NCBI GenBank assembly: GCA_964411345.1
Contig: CAYPKP010000006.1
Coordinates: forward strand, 25,942-88,179
From: an uncultured Rikenella sp.
Lineage (GTDB): Bacteria > Bacteroidota > Bacteroidia > Bacteroidales > VadinHA17
Reading direction: 5' to 3'
DNA: 62,238 nt
Shown here: positions 9,894 to 18,660 of the stretch, in pieces
Position numbering within the stretch: the stretch's first letter is position 1
How the letters are laid out: every line of letters begins with the position of its first letter
The notes under the pieces: model-generated
Seen by the model: only the letters and a program-made list of their open reading frames with translations
Database searches by the model: none
Told to the model about the DNA's origin: nothing
Program-made: the position numbers and the translations under genes

Positions 9894-11417
9894 ATGGAAA
9901 GAATATTGGCTAATTCATTGAACAGATTCATAAGCATTGTGGAGAGGGGAGGCAACGCGCTTCCTCATCCTGCCGCCCTGTTCGGAATCCTGGCTCTCCT
10001 GGTCCTTGTCATCTCATTTGTCGGGCACCTGCTGAACTGGCACGGGATAAATCCCGCAAACGGAGAAACGGTAACTGTCATTAACCTGATATCGGTGGAA
10101 GGATTGCACCGCATACTTCTCGATATGGTGGAAAACTACGTAGGTTTTGCCCCTCTCGGAATAGTGATGGTTGCCATGCTGGGGATCGGGGTGGCCGAAA
10201 GCAGCGGGCTGATCAAATCTGCGATCAACGCCCTGCTGATACGGGCTCCCCGTCACTGGGTAACCTTCATCGTAGTTTTTTCAGGCATTATGTCCAATAT
10301 AGCCTCCGACCTGGGGTACCTGGTCATAATCCCACTGGCAGGAGTAATATTTCATTCCCTGGGCCGTCATCCCGTTGCAGGGATGTCAGCTGCTTTTGCC
10401 GGCGTCAGCGGAGGTTTCAGCGCCAACCTGCTGATCGGGACCATTGACCCGTTGCTGGGCGGCCTCTCTACCGAGGCAGCAAGGATAATAGACCCGCAGT
10501 ACTATGTGATGCCTACGGCCAATTACTACTTCATGGCCGTATCGACTGTCGTTATTACCCTGGCAGGCACCTGGGTCAACAATGCATTCGTAGAACCGCG
10601 ACTGGGGAAGTACACCGGCGACGTGATATCCGAACCCATAACCAGGCTCACCCCGGACGAGAAAAAGGGACTTAAAAGGGTTTTGATCACTTTGCTTCTA
10701 TGGATAGTTCTCTTTGCTGCCGGGCTTATACCCGATCACGGCTTCCTGCGCGGAGAAGACAACTCTGTCCTGCACTCACCGCTTCTCAAGGGCTTCATTG
10801 CCGTTCTCTTCCTGGTGGCCGTCAGCTGTGGCATTGTATACGGGTACACAACCAAGACCTTCAGGAAGCATGATGATGTGATAAATGGCATGAGTGCCAG
10901 TTTCAAATCTCTTGTCGCCTTCCTGATACTTGTTTTTTTTGCATCTCAGTTTGTCGCCTGGTTCAAATGGAGCAACCTCGGGTTGATACTCGCAGTCAAG
11001 GGTGCCCATATCCTTCAAAACATGGATATAGGCCTGATTCCCCTGGTCATTCTGTTTACTCTGTTCAGTGGTTTCATCAATCTGTTTATGGGCAGCGCCT
11101 CCGCGAAATGGGCAATACTTGGCCCGGTATTTATCCCGATGTTCATGCTGCTCGGGTATTCGCCGGAACTTACACAGGCAGTATTCCGCGTAGGTGACAG
11201 CATTACGAACATAATCTCACCCATGATGAGCTTCTTTGCCCTGATTATCGTCTATTATCAGAAATACGACTCCAGGGCAGGCATCGGCAGCCTTATCGGA
11301 ACCATGCTTCCCTATTCATTCGTGTTCTTCATAGCATGGACATTATTGCTGATACTGTGGATCGTGGCAGGATTGCCACTGGGGCCCGAGGCAGGTCTTT
11401 TCTATCAGGCAGGTTAG
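9894..11417 (+). CDS. abgT: AbgT-family transporter
   Basis: ERGGNALPHPA, FAPLG, GRHPVAG..AAFAGVSGGFSAN, SASAKWA, RVGDSITNIISP, GLPLGP. Confidence 0.92.
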   Translation: MERILANSLNRFISIVERGGNALPHPAALFGILALLVLVISFVGHLLNWHGINPANGETVTVINLISVEGLHRILLDMVENYVGFAPLGIVMVAMLGIGVAESSGLIKSAINALLIRAPRHWVTFIVVFSGIMSNIASDLGYLVIIPLAGVIFHSLGRHPVAGMSAAFAGVSGGFSANLLIGTIDPLLGGLSTEAARIIDPQYYVMPTANYYFMAVSTVVITLAGTWVNNAFVEPRLGKYTGDVISEPITRLTPDEKKGLKRVLITLLLWIVLFAAGLIPDHGFLRGEDNSVLHSPLLKGFIAVLFLVAVSCGIVYGYTTKTFRKHDDVINGMSASFKSLVAFLILVFFASQFVAWFKWSNLGLILAVKGAHILQNMDIGLIPLVILFTLFSGFINLFMGSASAKWAILGPVFIPMFMLLGYSPELTQAVFRVGDSITNIISPMMSFFALIIVYYQKYDSRAGIGSLIGTMLPYSFVFFIAWTLLLILWIVAGLPLGPEAGLFYQAG

Positions 11418-11627
11418 GGGGAGAGTAAACTGTAAGGGGAGTGAATCCATTGCCCTCCTGATATCTGGAAATCTTTGCCGAGAATCGAATAGTTTTTATA
11501 ATCTAAGGCCTTTGCGCCAGGAATTTGACATAAATTTACATTCTGTTTTGGAGGCAGCTGAGTTCTTTTTCGGACAGTAGCATAATAATGCCTCATCACT
11601 TTGGGTATCCGTTAATAGGAGGGGATT

Positions 11628-12647
11628 ATGATTAAGAATTCGTTCAGATGGATTGCCTCGCATCAGGTAGCATCTTTCTTCATTATCACATTCCTGATAA
11701 CATGGGGTCTGGGATTCTCATACATAGCGGTGATGCGCGAAAAGTATCTCTTCCTGCCATTGATGTTTCTTGCAACATGCGGACCCGGACTTGCCGGAAT
11801 TATAGTTGCATGTATCACACACTCAGGGACGGAGCCGGAGAGGAAACGTTTTTCGTGGCTTGCTTTTCTCATCTCATGGATTGTTGTGACTACGGTCTTT
11901 ATTGCAAATCAGTATTTCGTCAACAAGGGGCCCGTGTCCGCACCACTTGTGGTCCTGGTAGTTGTCTCAGCGCTTCCGGTTGCATTCATAGTGAATCTTG
12001 TCTATACCCGTTACCCGGTGGTGCAGGGTTTCAGGCTGAAGTCACACACATCCGGTGTCAGGATACTCTGGGTCACAGTTGCGTTCCTGGTTTTTCCTCT
12101 TCTGACAATAATTACGGCTCTGACGGGTAAGTTGCTGGGCCACGAGTCCCCGTCACTTTCCTCTCTGCCGGCAACAGGTTTTGGCCTGGTCCTGTTGTTT
12201 AGTGTGAAATTCCTGTCACAGTTCTTTTACTTCAACGGAACCGGTGAAGAAGTTGGATGGCGGGGGTTCGTGCTTCCAAGGCTACAGTCCCGGACCAGTC
12301 CTCTTATTGCGGGCCTGTTATTGGCTCTGTTTTGGGTGCCCTGGCATCTTTTTCTCTGGATCGGGGAGGGAAGAGATGTGATGACCTTTTCATTCTGGAT
12401 CAGTTCATACCTGCTTCACGTACCTTCAGGGATAATTCTCTGCTGGTGTTATAACCGGAGTCGTGGCAGCGTACTTGCAGCAGGTGTTGCCCATGCATCT
12501 GCAAACACAGTTGTCGCGTTTGTTCAGCCCGTTGAGCCGAATATCATGATTATAGTTTTCTTTGTATTCACTGCAGCAATAGTCATGGTTGACAGGATGT
12601 GGAGACGGCTACCCGAAGAACATCCTGCAGTGCAAAAAACGATTTAA
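11628..12647 (+). CDS. CPBP/CAAX-family intramembrane glutamic protease
   Basis: GEEVGWRG, WVPWH, HASAN motifs in a multi-TM protein; preceded by an AGGAGGGG SD. Confidence 0.88.
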   Translation: MIKNSFRWIASHQVASFFIITFLITWGLGFSYIAVMREKYLFLPLMFLATCGPGLAGIIVACITHSGTEPERKRFSWLAFLISWIVVTTVFIANQYFVNKGPVSAPLVVLVVVSALPVAFIVNLVYTRYPVVQGFRLKSHTSGVRILWVTVAFLVFPLLTIITALTGKLLGHESPSLSSLPATGFGLVLLFSVKFLSQFFYFNGTGEEVGWRGFVLPRLQSRTSPLIAGLLLALFWVPWHLFLWIGEGRDVMTFSFWISSYLLHVPSGIILCWCYNRSRGSVLAAGVAHASANTVVAFVQPVEPNIMIIVFFVFTAAIVMVDRMWRRLPEEHPAVQKTI

Positions 12648-12648
12648 T

Positions 12649-13002
12649 ATGGATACACAAAGTCAGCGTATAGCCAAAATGACCTTTTCGTCTGTCTGGC
12701 CTATGTACCTGGCGAAGGTGCAGAAAAAAGGCAGGACGAAGGAAGAGTTGCACCGGGTAATAGAATGGTTAACAGGCTTTGACGGCATCAGGCTGCAGGA
12801 TCTCATAGATGAAAATGTAACCTTTGAGACTTTCTTTCAGAGAGCCTCACTGAACCGAAATGCACATCTCATCACCGGGTTGATTTGCGGTTACCGGATT
12901 GAGGAGATAGAGGATCCCCTGATCCGCCAGGTAAGGTATCTTGACAAGCTGGTTGATGAGCTGGCAAGAGGGAGAAAGATGGAGAAGATCCTGCGGCAAT
13001 AA
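12649..13002 (+). CDS. DUF2200-family protein
   Basis: MTFSSVWPMY..KVQKKGRTKEEL..VIEWLTG, ITGLICGYRIEEIED, YLDKLVDELA; start placed at ATG 12649. Confidence 0.85.
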   Translation: MDTQSQRIAKMTFSSVWPMYLAKVQKKGRTKEELHRVIEWLTGFDGIRLQDLIDENVTFETFFQRASLNRNAHLITGLICGYRIEEIEDPLIRQVRYLDKLVDELARGRKMEKILRQ

Positions 13003-13255
13003 AACAATGAATCTCAAAGAGACAACCTTTATCATAGCTTTCTCCCTCAACACTTTCACACCTGCCTTGAATAGCGTTGATGATGGACGATTGATTCTGC
13101 TGATGGGTTTCCCGGCGGCCTGTACACTCTTGACTTTGGTATAATATTGGATTAACTTTGATGTCAATGCGGGCAAATGACCTGCATTAAAATGCACTGA
13201 CCATTTTCCCCTTTGTTCTTATCATGCCGGGGTTGTTGACATAAGCCTTCATCCA

Positions 13256-14110
13256 GTGAAACGAGCATGTTTCATTTTGTCGTCTGTAAAGGTGATTTTG
13301 CTCTCGGCAATCCTTCACCTGGCAAATCCGTATACACGGGATATTTCAGCACAGGAGGACGTAAAAACACATCGTTTCTTTTTTATTCCTGGTGGAGCCT
13401 ATTTCAGCAAATACTCTCCGAATGCATTTACCCTGACTTACTGCAGTATTATGAATGAATTTCTGGGTGAGGATTTTACGATCATTGATGAACCTGTCAG
13501 CAAGTCAAGTATCAATAATGTGGTATGGGCACTCAGCAGGGGACAGAAACCTATGAGGAAGCCCGAAAAGAACAAGAAATCAGGGATTGCTTTCGTGAAG
13601 ATAATGGAGGGTCTTCATGATGATACTTCAGATATCAGCATTGTGTCATCAAGTTTCAGTACCGCCCTGACAGCACAGGTTGGGATCATGCTGGCGGACT
13701 TTTTCAGCAGGACCGGCAAGGAAGGTCCTGGTATTAACCTGGTTATGGGTGCGAGTATGGTCTCAAAGTCATCAGAGCTTTACTGGAGGCTTGAAGAACT
13801 GCAGAACGAGGGAAGGATTACCTCCATTGTGTACGATGAATTGCAGGATCCGGGGGACAACGTTACGGGAATGTGTGGTAAATCGAGGGTGGGTGCATTC
13901 GCACGGGGATTGAGGATGAGCTTTGTGATCTTCGGCAAGTATAAAGGCCAGCCCTCGATTCTGAATAACAATCCCCAGACCGGGCACCTCCATTTACAGC
14001 GCGCTCAGTCCGCAGAAAAGGCCGAAAGATATCTGGAAGTAACACTTATAGAGTACGCACTGGCAGGGGAAGAGATAAGGGAGAAGGCCATGGAAATGCT
14101 TATGAAATAG
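13256..14110 (+). CDS. Hypothetical exported protein, possibly alpha/beta-hydrolase-like
   Basis: 284-aa ORF with GTG start, leader ending DISA|Q; FFIPGG and IVSSSFS segments. Confidence 0.55.
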   Translation: MKRACFILSSVKVILLSAILHLANPYTRDISAQEDVKTHRFFFIPGGAYFSKYSPNAFTLTYCSIMNEFLGEDFTIIDEPVSKSSINNVVWALSRGQKPMRKPEKNKKSGIAFVKIMEGLHDDTSDISIVSSSFSTALTAQVGIMLADFFSRTGKEGPGINLVMGASMVSKSSELYWRLEELQNEGRITSIVYDELQDPGDNVTGMCGKSRVGAFARGLRMSFVIFGKYKGQPSILNNNPQTGHLHLQRAQSAEKAERYLEVTLIEYALAGEEIREKAMEMLMK

Positions 14111-14209
14111 CATACAGTTCTGCTTAGGCTCCGTAATTCAATGTTACGGCCCGGCCTTCATAGCTGTAAAACCTTCAGTGCACAGCTGTCAGAATAATCT
14201 CGCAGATAT

Positions 14210-14217
14210 TATATTTG
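14210..14217 (+). promoter_or_regulatory. -7 element (TATATTTG) upstream of carbonic anhydrase
   Basis: Exact TAnnTTTG 35 nt before ATG 14253. Confidence 0.45.
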
Positions 14218-14252
14218 ACCCTGGTAATAATCCTTAAAACAAACCGGGCCGC

Positions 14253-14795
14253 ATGTACAGACTGGCAGAAGTATCAACCGTTGGGGATATTTTCCCGGAA
14301 TACAGGCAGACACCGGTCGGACTGCTGCTGGAATATCATAATCTTGACAGGCCGTTCGACAGGTATGAGAGGGCAGAGATACTGGTTGGTATGTGCATGG
14401 ATAACAGAAAACACCTTCACATCCCTGACAATTTTGCCTATATCATCCGGTCAGGTGGAGCCAACCTTCGTTTCAGCGAATTCAAGGTTTCATATGCAAT
14501 CGGAGTGGGGCGGGTGCAGCAAATTGCACTTATTGCTCATAATAACTGTGCGATGGTTAACCTGGCTTCGAGGAAAGAGCAGTTTGTAAAGGGACTGGTG
14601 GAGAACGCCGGATGGACGGAGGAGCAGGCTGAGGAGCACTTCATGAGCTACGCCCCGTTGTTCGAGATCGGGAATGAGATTGATTTCGTGGTCAGTGAAT
14701 CAAAGCGTCTTTCAACGAAATACCCGAAGCTGGTAATCGCTCCCATGATGTATAAGGTTGAAGACAACCGTTTATACCTTATCAGGGAGCATTGA
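14253..14795 (+). CDS. Beta-class carbonic anhydrase
   Basis: Zn ligands CMDNR (CxDxR) and HNNC (HxxC); IRSGGAN. Confidence 0.85.
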   Translation: MYRLAEVSTVGDIFPEYRQTPVGLLLEYHNLDRPFDRYERAEILVGMCMDNRKHLHIPDNFAYIIRSGGANLRFSEFKVSYAIGVGRVQQIALIAHNNCAMVNLASRKEQFVKGLVENAGWTEEQAEEHFMSYAPLFEIGNEIDFVVSESKRLSTKYPKLVIAPMMYKVEDNRLYLIREH

Positions 14796-14817
14796 GCAGT
14801 CTCTTTTCTTCATGGAT

Positions 14818-14833
14818 GGGCAGGATCCTGCCC
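14818..14833. other. Perfect 16-bp palindrome between convergent genes
   Basis: GGGCAGGATCCTGCCC; a second small hairpin GCAGG-AAAAG-CCTGC follows. Confidence 0.6.
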
Positions 14834-14884
14834 TGAGATGGTCATCCGGGAAACATGCAGCAGGAAAAGCCTGCAATTGCCCGA

Positions 14885-15706
14885 TTACATTTTGTCAGCA
14901 GCCCTGTTGTAGTAGTCCGTGCTTTCGAAAATCTTGTCAGCATTGGCTGCAATGAATCCCGGATACTGCGTCCCGTCAGGCCGGTCGTACCTGAGGGTGA
15001 ACTCATAGAAGCACGAGGGTATCTCATGTATCCCGTCACTGAATTCAACGGGTTGGATCTCAGCCAAGGTAGCGGACTGCTCGAGAAGTTCCTCCGGCGT
15101 CCCATAGATCTCTCCTCCGACGGTTGTCAGCAGGTAACCGTTTCCTTTGATAAATTCATTGACCTCCTGCAAGGTTGAGAACTGTTTCAGTTCATTGACC
15201 TTGACGGCAAAATGGTTGGCGCGGTAGCCGTAGACCAGCAGCCATGCCGCGTATTCCGATTCTTCACGCAGTCTGTTATAGGTGGTAAATGGTATCTTGC
15301 CCCAGATGCTGCCTCCGTAGACCAGGTCGGGATCAGCATATGCGCTGTCATCCAGGCTGTTCAGGTACCCGCGGACGGTTGTCTGCAGGTATTCGCTGAA
15401 CTGATCCGTCAGCAACTCACTGATGAACACCTTTGGTGCTTTTGGATCGCTGGTGTGTTCAAAATGCATCCCCCTGAGCTTTTTGGCCTTGAATGCATAG
15501 TTCCCGCGTGCCTCATAGCCGTTTTCAGTAAACACCCGTGATATGACGTCAATGTTCATTCTCGGGTCATCGAATGTTCTGAGAGCTATATGGTCATGTA
15601 CAACCTTCTCGCCGCGGGCCGTAAAAAGATCATAGATCCGCTTTGCACCCCTGTTCTCCGTAGTATAGCGATCCCAGAACCGCTCAAATATCATTGCTGA
15701 TTCCAT
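14885..15706 (-). CDS. DUF1338 protein (2-oxoadipate dioxygenase/decarboxylase HglS-like)
   Basis: HDHIALRTF, SEYAAW...GYRANHF, EQSAT, FYEFTLR, GFIAANADKIFEST. Confidence 0.85.
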   Translation of the reverse strand: MESAMIFERFWDRYTTENRGAKRIYDLFTARGEKVVHDHIALRTFDDPRMNIDVISRVFTENGYEARGNYAFKAKKLRGMHFEHTSDPKAPKVFISELLTDQFSEYLQTTVRGYLNSLDDSAYADPDLVYGGSIWGKIPFTTYNRLREESEYAAWLLVYGYRANHFAVKVNELKQFSTLQEVNEFIKGNGYLLTTVGGEIYGTPEELLEQSATLAEIQPVEFSDGIHEIPSCFYEFTLRYDRPDGTQYPGFIAANADKIFESTDYYNRAADKM

Positions 15707-15733
15707 GGTTCATTGGTTTATCAACCGTTAAGG

Positions 15734-15741
15734 CAAATCTA
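15734..15741 (-). promoter_or_regulatory. -7 element (TAGATTTG) upstream of DUF1338 gene
   Basis: CAAATCTA on + strand, 27 nt from the start codon. Confidence 0.4.
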
Positions 15742-15912
15742 AAAGATTTCCTGACAAACAAGTGCAAACCGTGATTAATATCTTATTGTACCAGGAAGGA
15801 ATAATGGATTGATTTCATCCGGAGAGAGTGATTACTCCCCCGACAGCTCAGGGGCGGTCATTTTTTGTTGCTATTTCACTTATAAATGCAAGCATCTAAC
15901 GTTCAGACCAAC

Positions 15913-15944
15913 AAAAAAATCGCCCTCGGTTTCCCGGGGGCGAT
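15913..15944 (-). terminator. Rho-independent terminator of tRNA-Pro
   Basis: ATCGCCCTCGG-TTTC-CCGGGGGCGAT stem; A run on + strand gives a U tract on -. Confidence 0.75.
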
Positions 15945-15957
15945 CATTCTTCTTTTG

Positions 15958-16032
15958 TCGGGGTAGCAAGATTCGAACTTGCGGCCCTCTGGTCCCAAAC
16001 CAGATGCGCTAACCGGACTGCGCTATACCCCG
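15958..16032 (-). tRNA. tRNA-Pro(TGG)
   Basis: Reverse complement CGGGGTATAGCGCAGTCCGGTTAGCGCATCTGGTTTGGGACCAGAGGGCCGCAAGTTCGAATCTTGCTACCCCGA folds as a full cloverleaf; anticodon loop TTTGGGA. Confidence 0.97.
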
Positions 16033-16043
16033 AAAACGATCTG

Positions 16044-16051
16044 CAAAAGTA
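16044..16051 (-). promoter_or_regulatory. -7 element (TACTTTTG) of the tRNA-Pro promoter
   Basis: CAAAAGTA on + strand, 11 nt upstream of the mature 5' end. Confidence 0.5.
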
Positions 16052-16077
16052 GAAAAAATAATTATTACATTTCGGGT

Positions 16078-17580
16078 ATGCTAAAGATAAATGTCATCTC
16101 TGACGGTCGGACCGAAACAGTGACAGGGGAGAGGGGCTCATCCTTGCTCGATATCCTGAGGCAGAGCGGCTATGAGATATATGCCGCCTGCGGAGGCAAC
16201 GGCAGATGCGGCAAGTGCACCGTGCAGGTGAAGGGAGAGGGAACAATGCTCTCATGCTCCTGTTATCCTAACCGGGATATTGAGGTCATACTTCCCGACA
16301 GCAGAGAGACCAACATACTGACCAGTCAGACCGAATACCTCTCTGACCTTCCGTATGATGGGGAAGGGCGCCGTAACCTAACCCCGCAGCCCTACGGTAT
16401 AGCAGTGGACATAGGCACAACCACGGTGGTACTCTATTTTGTCGACCTGCTCACGGGGCAACTTGCAGGCATTGCATCACTGCTCAATCCACAGGCAGCA
16501 TACGGAGCAGACGTCATCTCAAGGATAACATGGTGCCAGACGCATGAAAAAGGAGTGCAGGAATTGCAACAGGCTATTGTGGCAGCACTGAACGGGGAGA
16601 TACGGAAGTTTGTTGCGGCAAGGAAGCTGGCAGAGGAAAACATTGAAAGGGCAGTGATTGCCGGAAACACCACCATGTTGCACATGCTGCTTGGTGAAGA
16701 TCCCGTACCCATTGCACTCGCACCCTTCAAGCCACGGTTCACAGAGAGCCAGAGGCGGACGGGCGCCGCCACCGGACTGGCAGTGAACGAGGAGGCTGAG
16801 GTGGTGACACTGCCATCGCTCTCCGCATATGTCGGTGCTGACATTATTGCCGGACTGGCAGCACTCAGCGTCAGAGAGAAGAATTACCTCTTCCTGGATA
16901 TAGGTACCAACGGCGAGATGGCCATTGTAACCGGCGATGAGATATTTGCATGTGCTGCCGCTGCCGGTCCGGCATTTGAGGGCGCAAACCTCACATGCGG
17001 CATGAACGCCTCTGAGGGTGCCATATCATCATTTACGAGCCCCGGAGAGTACAGGGTCATTGGCAACACAGGGCCCACGGGCATATGCGGATCGGGAATA
17101 GTGGATATAGTAGCCTGGCTTACGGCAAACGGCATCGTGGATGAGACGGGATTCATGCGCGACGACTTTGTGATAGACGATGCAAAGAATATCCGGGTGA
17201 CCCAGCGGGATATCCGTGAGATCCAGCTGGCCAAATCAGCCATCTATTCAGGAATGAAAATATTGACAATGAGGAGAGGCCTGAAATTCAGTGATATTGA
17301 TGCCCTTTTTCTTGCGGGGGGCTTTGGCAACTATATCAGCATTGACTCTGCCCTCCAGACAGGAGTCCTGCCGTATGAGCTTGCTGGCAGAATATACCCG
17401 GTTGGCAACAGCGCCGGCATTGGAGCCCTGCAGTATCTCAGATCGAAGGAATTTGTCACGAGAACAGATGAAATCGCTGCAAGAGCCCGTTATCTGGAGT
17501 TGTCTGATGATGAGGAGTTTCCGGTTGAGTTTGCAATGAACATGGAGTTCAGTAACCCCGGCCAACACTCCTTTGACTGA
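16078..17580 (+). CDS. ASKHA/DUF4445 ATPase with N-terminal [2Fe-2S] domain (RACo/RamA-like corrinoid reductive activator)
   Basis: CGGNGRCGKC...C, VDIGTTT, NPQAAYGADVISRI, YVGADI, LDIGTNGE, AGPAFEG, GICGSG, LAGGFG, GNSA. Start moved to 16078 because 15979 overlaps the tRNA. Confidence 0.88.
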   Translation: MLKINVISDGRTETVTGERGSSLLDILRQSGYEIYAACGGNGRCGKCTVQVKGEGTMLSCSCYPNRDIEVILPDSRETNILTSQTEYLSDLPYDGEGRRNLTPQPYGIAVDIGTTTVVLYFVDLLTGQLAGIASLLNPQAAYGADVISRITWCQTHEKGVQELQQAIVAALNGEIRKFVAARKLAEENIERAVIAGNTTMLHMLLGEDPVPIALAPFKPRFTESQRRTGAATGLAVNEEAEVVTLPSLSAYVGADIIAGLAALSVREKNYLFLDIGTNGEMAIVTGDEIFACAAAAGPAFEGANLTCGMNASEGAISSFTSPGEYRVIGNTGPTGICGSGIVDIVAWLTANGIVDETGFMRDDFVIDDAKNIRVTQRDIREIQLAKSAIYSGMKILTMRRGLKFSDIDALFLAGGFGNYISIDSALQTGVLPYELAGRIYPVGNSAGIGALQYLRSKEFVTRTDEIAARARYLELSDDEEFPVEFAMNMEFSNPGQHSFD

Positions 17581-17765
17581 CCATGGAATTTGTTGAACCA
17601 GAAAGAGATCAGAGCTGAACATGTATCCTCTTCTCCGCCGCCGGAGATTCACTTGCTGCATCTTGTTTGGACAAATTATAAATAAGCATATCCGAAATAT
17701 TATTTTGTTCCGGAACTCTTTGGCACCGGGTTTGTTATTACATTAGACACAAAACAGTAATTAAA

Positions 17766-18326
17766 ATGAAAAAGAGATTAATAACCGTTGCAGCCCTGGT
17801 GGCTTTCATTGTCGCTCCGGCATTTTCACAGGCTTCATTCTATGATTTTACCGTTGAGACCATAGACGGGGAGCAGTTCAGCTTCGCTGACCTCAGGGGC
17901 AAGAAGGTGATGATAGTAAACACGGCCTCAAAGTGCGGTCATACTCCCCAGTACAAGGATCTGGAGCTGCTTCACAAGGCATATAAGAGCAAGGTTGTGA
18001 TCCTGGGTTTTCCTGCCAACAATTTCATGAACCAGGAGCCCGGCACAAATGAGGATATCAAGGAGTTCTGTAACAGCAAGTACGGCGTCACCTTCCCGAT
18101 GATGGCAAAGATATCTGTCAAGGGGAACGACATGCACCCGCTCTACAAATGGCTGACCAGCAAGTCGGCAAACGGAGTGCTGGACTCCGATGTGGCCTGG
18201 AACTTCCAGAAATACCTCATTGATGAGAACGGTAATCTTGTCGGATTCCTGAAACCTGCCGTCAAGCCTCTCTCCGACGAGGTGGTGATGTGGGTTACCA
18301 AGGGACAGTTCACCCAGGCGAAGTAG
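17766..18326 (+). CDS. Cys-type glutathione peroxidase family protein, exported
   Basis: VNTASKCGHTPQY, GFPANNF, QEPG, WNFQKYLI; leader ending AFS|Q. Confidence 0.92.
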   Translation: MKKRLITVAALVAFIVAPAFSQASFYDFTVETIDGEQFSFADLRGKKVMIVNTASKCGHTPQYKDLELLHKAYKSKVVILGFPANNFMNQEPGTNEDIKEFCNSKYGVTFPMMAKISVKGNDMHPLYKWLTSKSANGVLDSDVAWNFQKYLIDENGNLVGFLKPAVKPLSDEVVMWVTKGQFTQAK

Positions 18327-18337
18327 GCGAGGCGGCT

Positions 18338-18487
18338 TTACCGGACCGGGGACAGTTATCCCGGGCCGGGCAGGCGAAAAGTTGATGCCGTATTCCGGAA
18401 GACAGTTCTGCCGGACCAGGAAGACGGGAAGTTGATGCCTGGAACCAGGAGACAATCCTGCCGGGCCAGGCAGCCGAGGCGTCGATG
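18338..18487 (+). repeat. Three degenerate 50-bp tandem units
   Basis: Units at 18338, 18388 and 18438 share GACA(G/A)T, CCGG(G/A)CC(G/A)GG and G(T)(T/C)GATG in register. Confidence 0.75.
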
Positions 18488-18542
18488 TGGGTAGCCGGGG
18501 TCAGCCTATACAGTTGAAGCAGAAACGAAACAGCAGTCAGAT

Positions 18543-18571
18543 ACCGGCCGGAAACACCGGCCGGTTGTTTT
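18543..18571 (+). terminator. Terminator-like hairpin
   Basis: ACCGGCCGG-AAACA-CCGGCCGGT then TGTTTT. Confidence 0.65.
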
Positions 18572-18660
18572 CGTGAAACTTGGAATCCCCGCTGTTAAAA
18601 ATGTTCATGGAGTGCAGAACTTTTTGTTTAACTGTTTGTTCTACATAAAAACCAAAAGTC

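Noticed and set aside
13003-13197. Transposase C-terminal remnant on the minus strand (…TLFKAGVKVLRE…)
   Set aside because: Only a vague resemblance; no DDE residues, terminal inverted repeats or target duplication
15834-15856. REP-like half element (CCCCGACAGCTCAGGGG) or inverted copy of the tRNA 3' end
   Set aside because: Only 8-12 nt of similarity, single copy, no RAYT gene; compatible with chance
1-16032. Integrative element bounded by the tRNAs
   Set aside because: The tRNAs are inverted and differ in sequence; no integrase and no direct-repeat att copy was found by eye
15979-16077. N-terminal extension of the ASKHA ORF
   Set aside because: It is the antisense reading of tRNA-Pro; the real start is ATG 16078
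17766-18326. Selenocysteine GPx
   Set aside because: The catalytic codon is TGC (Cys); there is no in-frame TGA
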